IMG/VR virus record: IMGVR_UViG_3300034053_000029
Location: 1-64,000 of that record
Source: a virus
Taxonomy: Duplodnaviria; Caudoviricetes
Strand: one strand, 5' to 3'
Length of the DNA stretch: 64,000 bases
The notes under the pieces were generated by a model. That model ran no database searches and was not told the DNA's origin. It was given only the letters and a program-made list of their open reading frames with translations. Position 1 is the first letter of the stretch, and each line of letters opens with the position of its first letter. This document shows, in pieces, positions 62,441 to 64,000 of this stretch. Made by a program: the position numbers and the translations under genes.

Positions 62441-63310
62441 ATGTATAACAACCCAAGATGCTCATGTGTTCTTTGTCACTTAGAGGTGTCATCTACTGTA
62501 TTATCAAAACATATTGGCGGAAAACTGTGTCAGGAAACAGTGAAATTCCCAAACAAAAAAGTTGGATTTTGTAAATACTGTAATATTGATATATCAAATC
62601 TAAATAAAAGTGAAAAACAAAATCATGTTCAATGGTGTAGTCACAACCCAAATAAAACCACAAAAAGAAAACAAGTTTCAGAGCAATTGAATGCGTCTTG
62701 GAAAACAAATAAAGACGATAGAATCTCTAAAGTTAAATACACTAAATCAATTAGGTATGGTGATGAAAACTATAATAACCCATCAAAGAATAAGGAAACA
62801 AATATTATCAATAATGGTGGTTATTCAAACAATAGAGAACAAGCAAAAGAGACTTGCATAAACAAATATGGTGTTGATAACCCAAATAAACTAAAATGTG
62901 TCAGAGATAAAATAGAAAACACAAATTTAGAAAAATATGGTGTTAGACATTTGATGCAAGATCATAATGTTTTTGAAGAGAGGCAATCCTACAGAAAAAC
63001 AAACAAACAATTCACTTTTCCTTCTGGAAAAGTTGTGAATGTTCAAGGGTATGAGCCTTTAGTCATACAACAACTTTTAGATTCAGGGTATTCTGAAGAT
63101 CAAATTCAAGTTACAGGAAGAAAAGGATTTAAATATGTGTTTGAAGGAAAAGAACGAATTTATCATCCTGATATTATCATACCACACGAAAATCGTGTAA
63201 TCGAGGTCAAATCAAAATATTGGTATGAAAGAGAACTAAGTAAAAACCTTGCCAAACAACAAGGAACAATATCTGCAGGATTTACCCACGAATTTGTTAT
63301 CGTAAAATAG
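62441..63310 (+). CDS. Putative homing endonuclease, PD-(D/E)xK family
   Basis: KYGV.N repeats; QGYEP; YHPDIII...VIEVKS; GGAG RBS. Confidence 0.8.
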   Translation: MYNNPRCSCVLCHLEVSSTVLSKHIGGKLCQETVKFPNKKVGFCKYCNIDISNLNKSEKQNHVQWCSHNPNKTTKRKQVSEQLNASWKTNKDDRISKVKYTKSIRYGDENYNNPSKNKETNIINNGGYSNNREQAKETCINKYGVDNPNKLKCVRDKIENTNLEKYGVRHLMQDHNVFEERQSYRKTNKQFTFPSGKVVNVQGYEPLVIQQLLDSGYSEDQIQVTGRKGFKYVFEGKERIYHPDIIIPHENRVIEVKSKYWYERELSKNLAKQQGTISAGFTHEFVIVK

Positions 63311-63333
63311 AACCATAATCAATCCTTTCTATT

Positions 63334-63354
63334 TACGGTAAAATCCTTACCGTA
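63334..63354. terminator. Hairpin between convergent genes
   Basis: TACGGTAA-AATCC-TTACCGTA. Confidence 0.55.
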
Positions 63355-63361
63355 GTAAGGA

Positions 63362-63760
63362 TCATGTTTGTTTGTATCTCTTTTTGTAGTCGGCGTATTG
63401 AAGATCGTACCATTCAATGTGGTTCTGAAACTCTTTTATTATTTCTTCGGCAACATATTTAGCCGAGTCTTTATGCTTAACAACTGTGGCTAGTCTTCGT
63501 TTAAGAAATGAAATTAGAATTCCATGCGATTCTTTATGCGCTTCGAGATATGGATATTCAAAACTTGCCATAAACTCTTCTTCAGTTTTACAATGAATTT
63601 CAAGAACCGTTTGTAATTGAGAAATAAGAGACAATAGGATAACGTCATCCACTTCAGTATATTTCCATTTCATATTTTCTAAAATGGCAAATATTTGTAG
63701 ATGTTCTTCATCGACTTTCTCGACTCCGACTTGATAGTACTTGTAGCGTTCTTTATCCAT
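63362..63760 (-). CDS. Bacteriohemerythrin
   Basis: VG...VD.EH; H...EE..M....YP..E.H...H; HI...D..Y iron ligands; CATAAATA at 63765-72. Confidence 0.85.
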   Translation of the reverse strand: MDKERYKYYQVGVEKVDEEHLQIFAILENMKWKYTEVDDVILLSLISQLQTVLEIHCKTEEEFMASFEYPYLEAHKESHGILISFLKRRLATVVKHKDSAKYVAEEIIKEFQNHIEWYDLQYADYKKRYKQT

Positions 63761-63763
63761 CTA

Positions 63764-63910
63764 TTATTTATGATAATCGTCACAACTGACATCAAACATA
63801 ATAAATTCTTTGGACACTACATGACATTTACCAAAATCGTCCTTGAATACCTTAGTTACAGGTATCGTGATACAACCAGATAAAATAAGGACTACTATCA
63901 CAGTTTTCAT
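63764..63910 (-). CDS. Small lipoprotein-like protein (48 aa, not in ORF track)
   Basis: MKTVIVVLILSGC lipobox-like signal. Confidence 0.5.
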   Translation of the reverse strand: MKTVIVVLILSGCITIPVTKVFKDDFGKCHVVSKEFIMFDVSCDDYHK

Positions 63911-63923
63911 AATTAAATCCAGT

Positions 63924-63970
63924 TGCGGAAGGATGGTAGAATCGAACTCTATGTTACATAACCTTCCGTA
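63924..63970 (-). other. tRNA-like remnant (acceptor stem + T-arm only)
   Basis: TACGGAAGG...TAGA-GTTCGAT-TCTA...CCTTCCGCA. Confidence 0.4.
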
Positions 63971-64000
63971 TGTTAATCAATTTTATTAATTGCTACCACA

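Noticed and set aside
12986-63310. Group I introns hosting the endonucleases
   Set aside because: Flanking genes are intact and not split, and I saw no group I core elements; the nucleases appear free-standing.
5714-63883. Numerous + strand ORFs in the track (e.g. 5714-6106, 8364-8672, 15845-16222, 19134-19814, 45526-45915, 54284-54586)
   Set aside because: They are antisense shadows of well-supported minus-strand genes, with no RBS and no recognisable motifs. 54284-54586 overlaps a real 39 aa gene, a promoter and a terminator.
1-64000. CRISPR array
   Set aside because: No run of identical 23-47 nt repeats with unique spacers; the repeats seen are promoters, gene-family blocks or 9-nt leader units.

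Overview
A 64 kb piece of a large T4-like (gp32/gp59/gp33-type) myovirus genome, read in standard code 11. Bases 64-4922 (+ strand) hold late structural genes: gp2, a gp54-like protein, gp26, gp51 and a gp29/tape-measure-like protein. A bidirectional terminator separates these from about 59 kb of almost entirely minus-strand genes. That region contains replication and late-transcription genes (gp32, gp59, gp33) and a very large accessory region driven by repeated sigma70 promoters, most with an IHF-consensus box at a fixed distance. It also holds several expanded small-protein families, including about 38 paralogues ending in F-x-L-(K/R)-W. RNA repair and translation rescue genes are present: RNA ligase, HAD and Pol-beta nucleotidyltransferase, a frameshifted GGQ release-factor homologue, a bL12-like protein and tRNA(CAU). 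There is also a late cluster of probable capsid-internal proteins. Every credible + strand gene after 4950 is a free-standing endonuclease with its own late-promoter-like box, and three of them share a covarying leader hairpin. The strongest novel-looking item is a circularly permuted (two-piece) tmRNA at about 60495-60785, with a G3:U70 acceptor stem and a (G)ASNDAVWALAA tag. All family assignments are from motif recognition by eye, not database searches. Some starts were moved from the ORF track to the ATG/GTG supported by an RBS or gene overlap.
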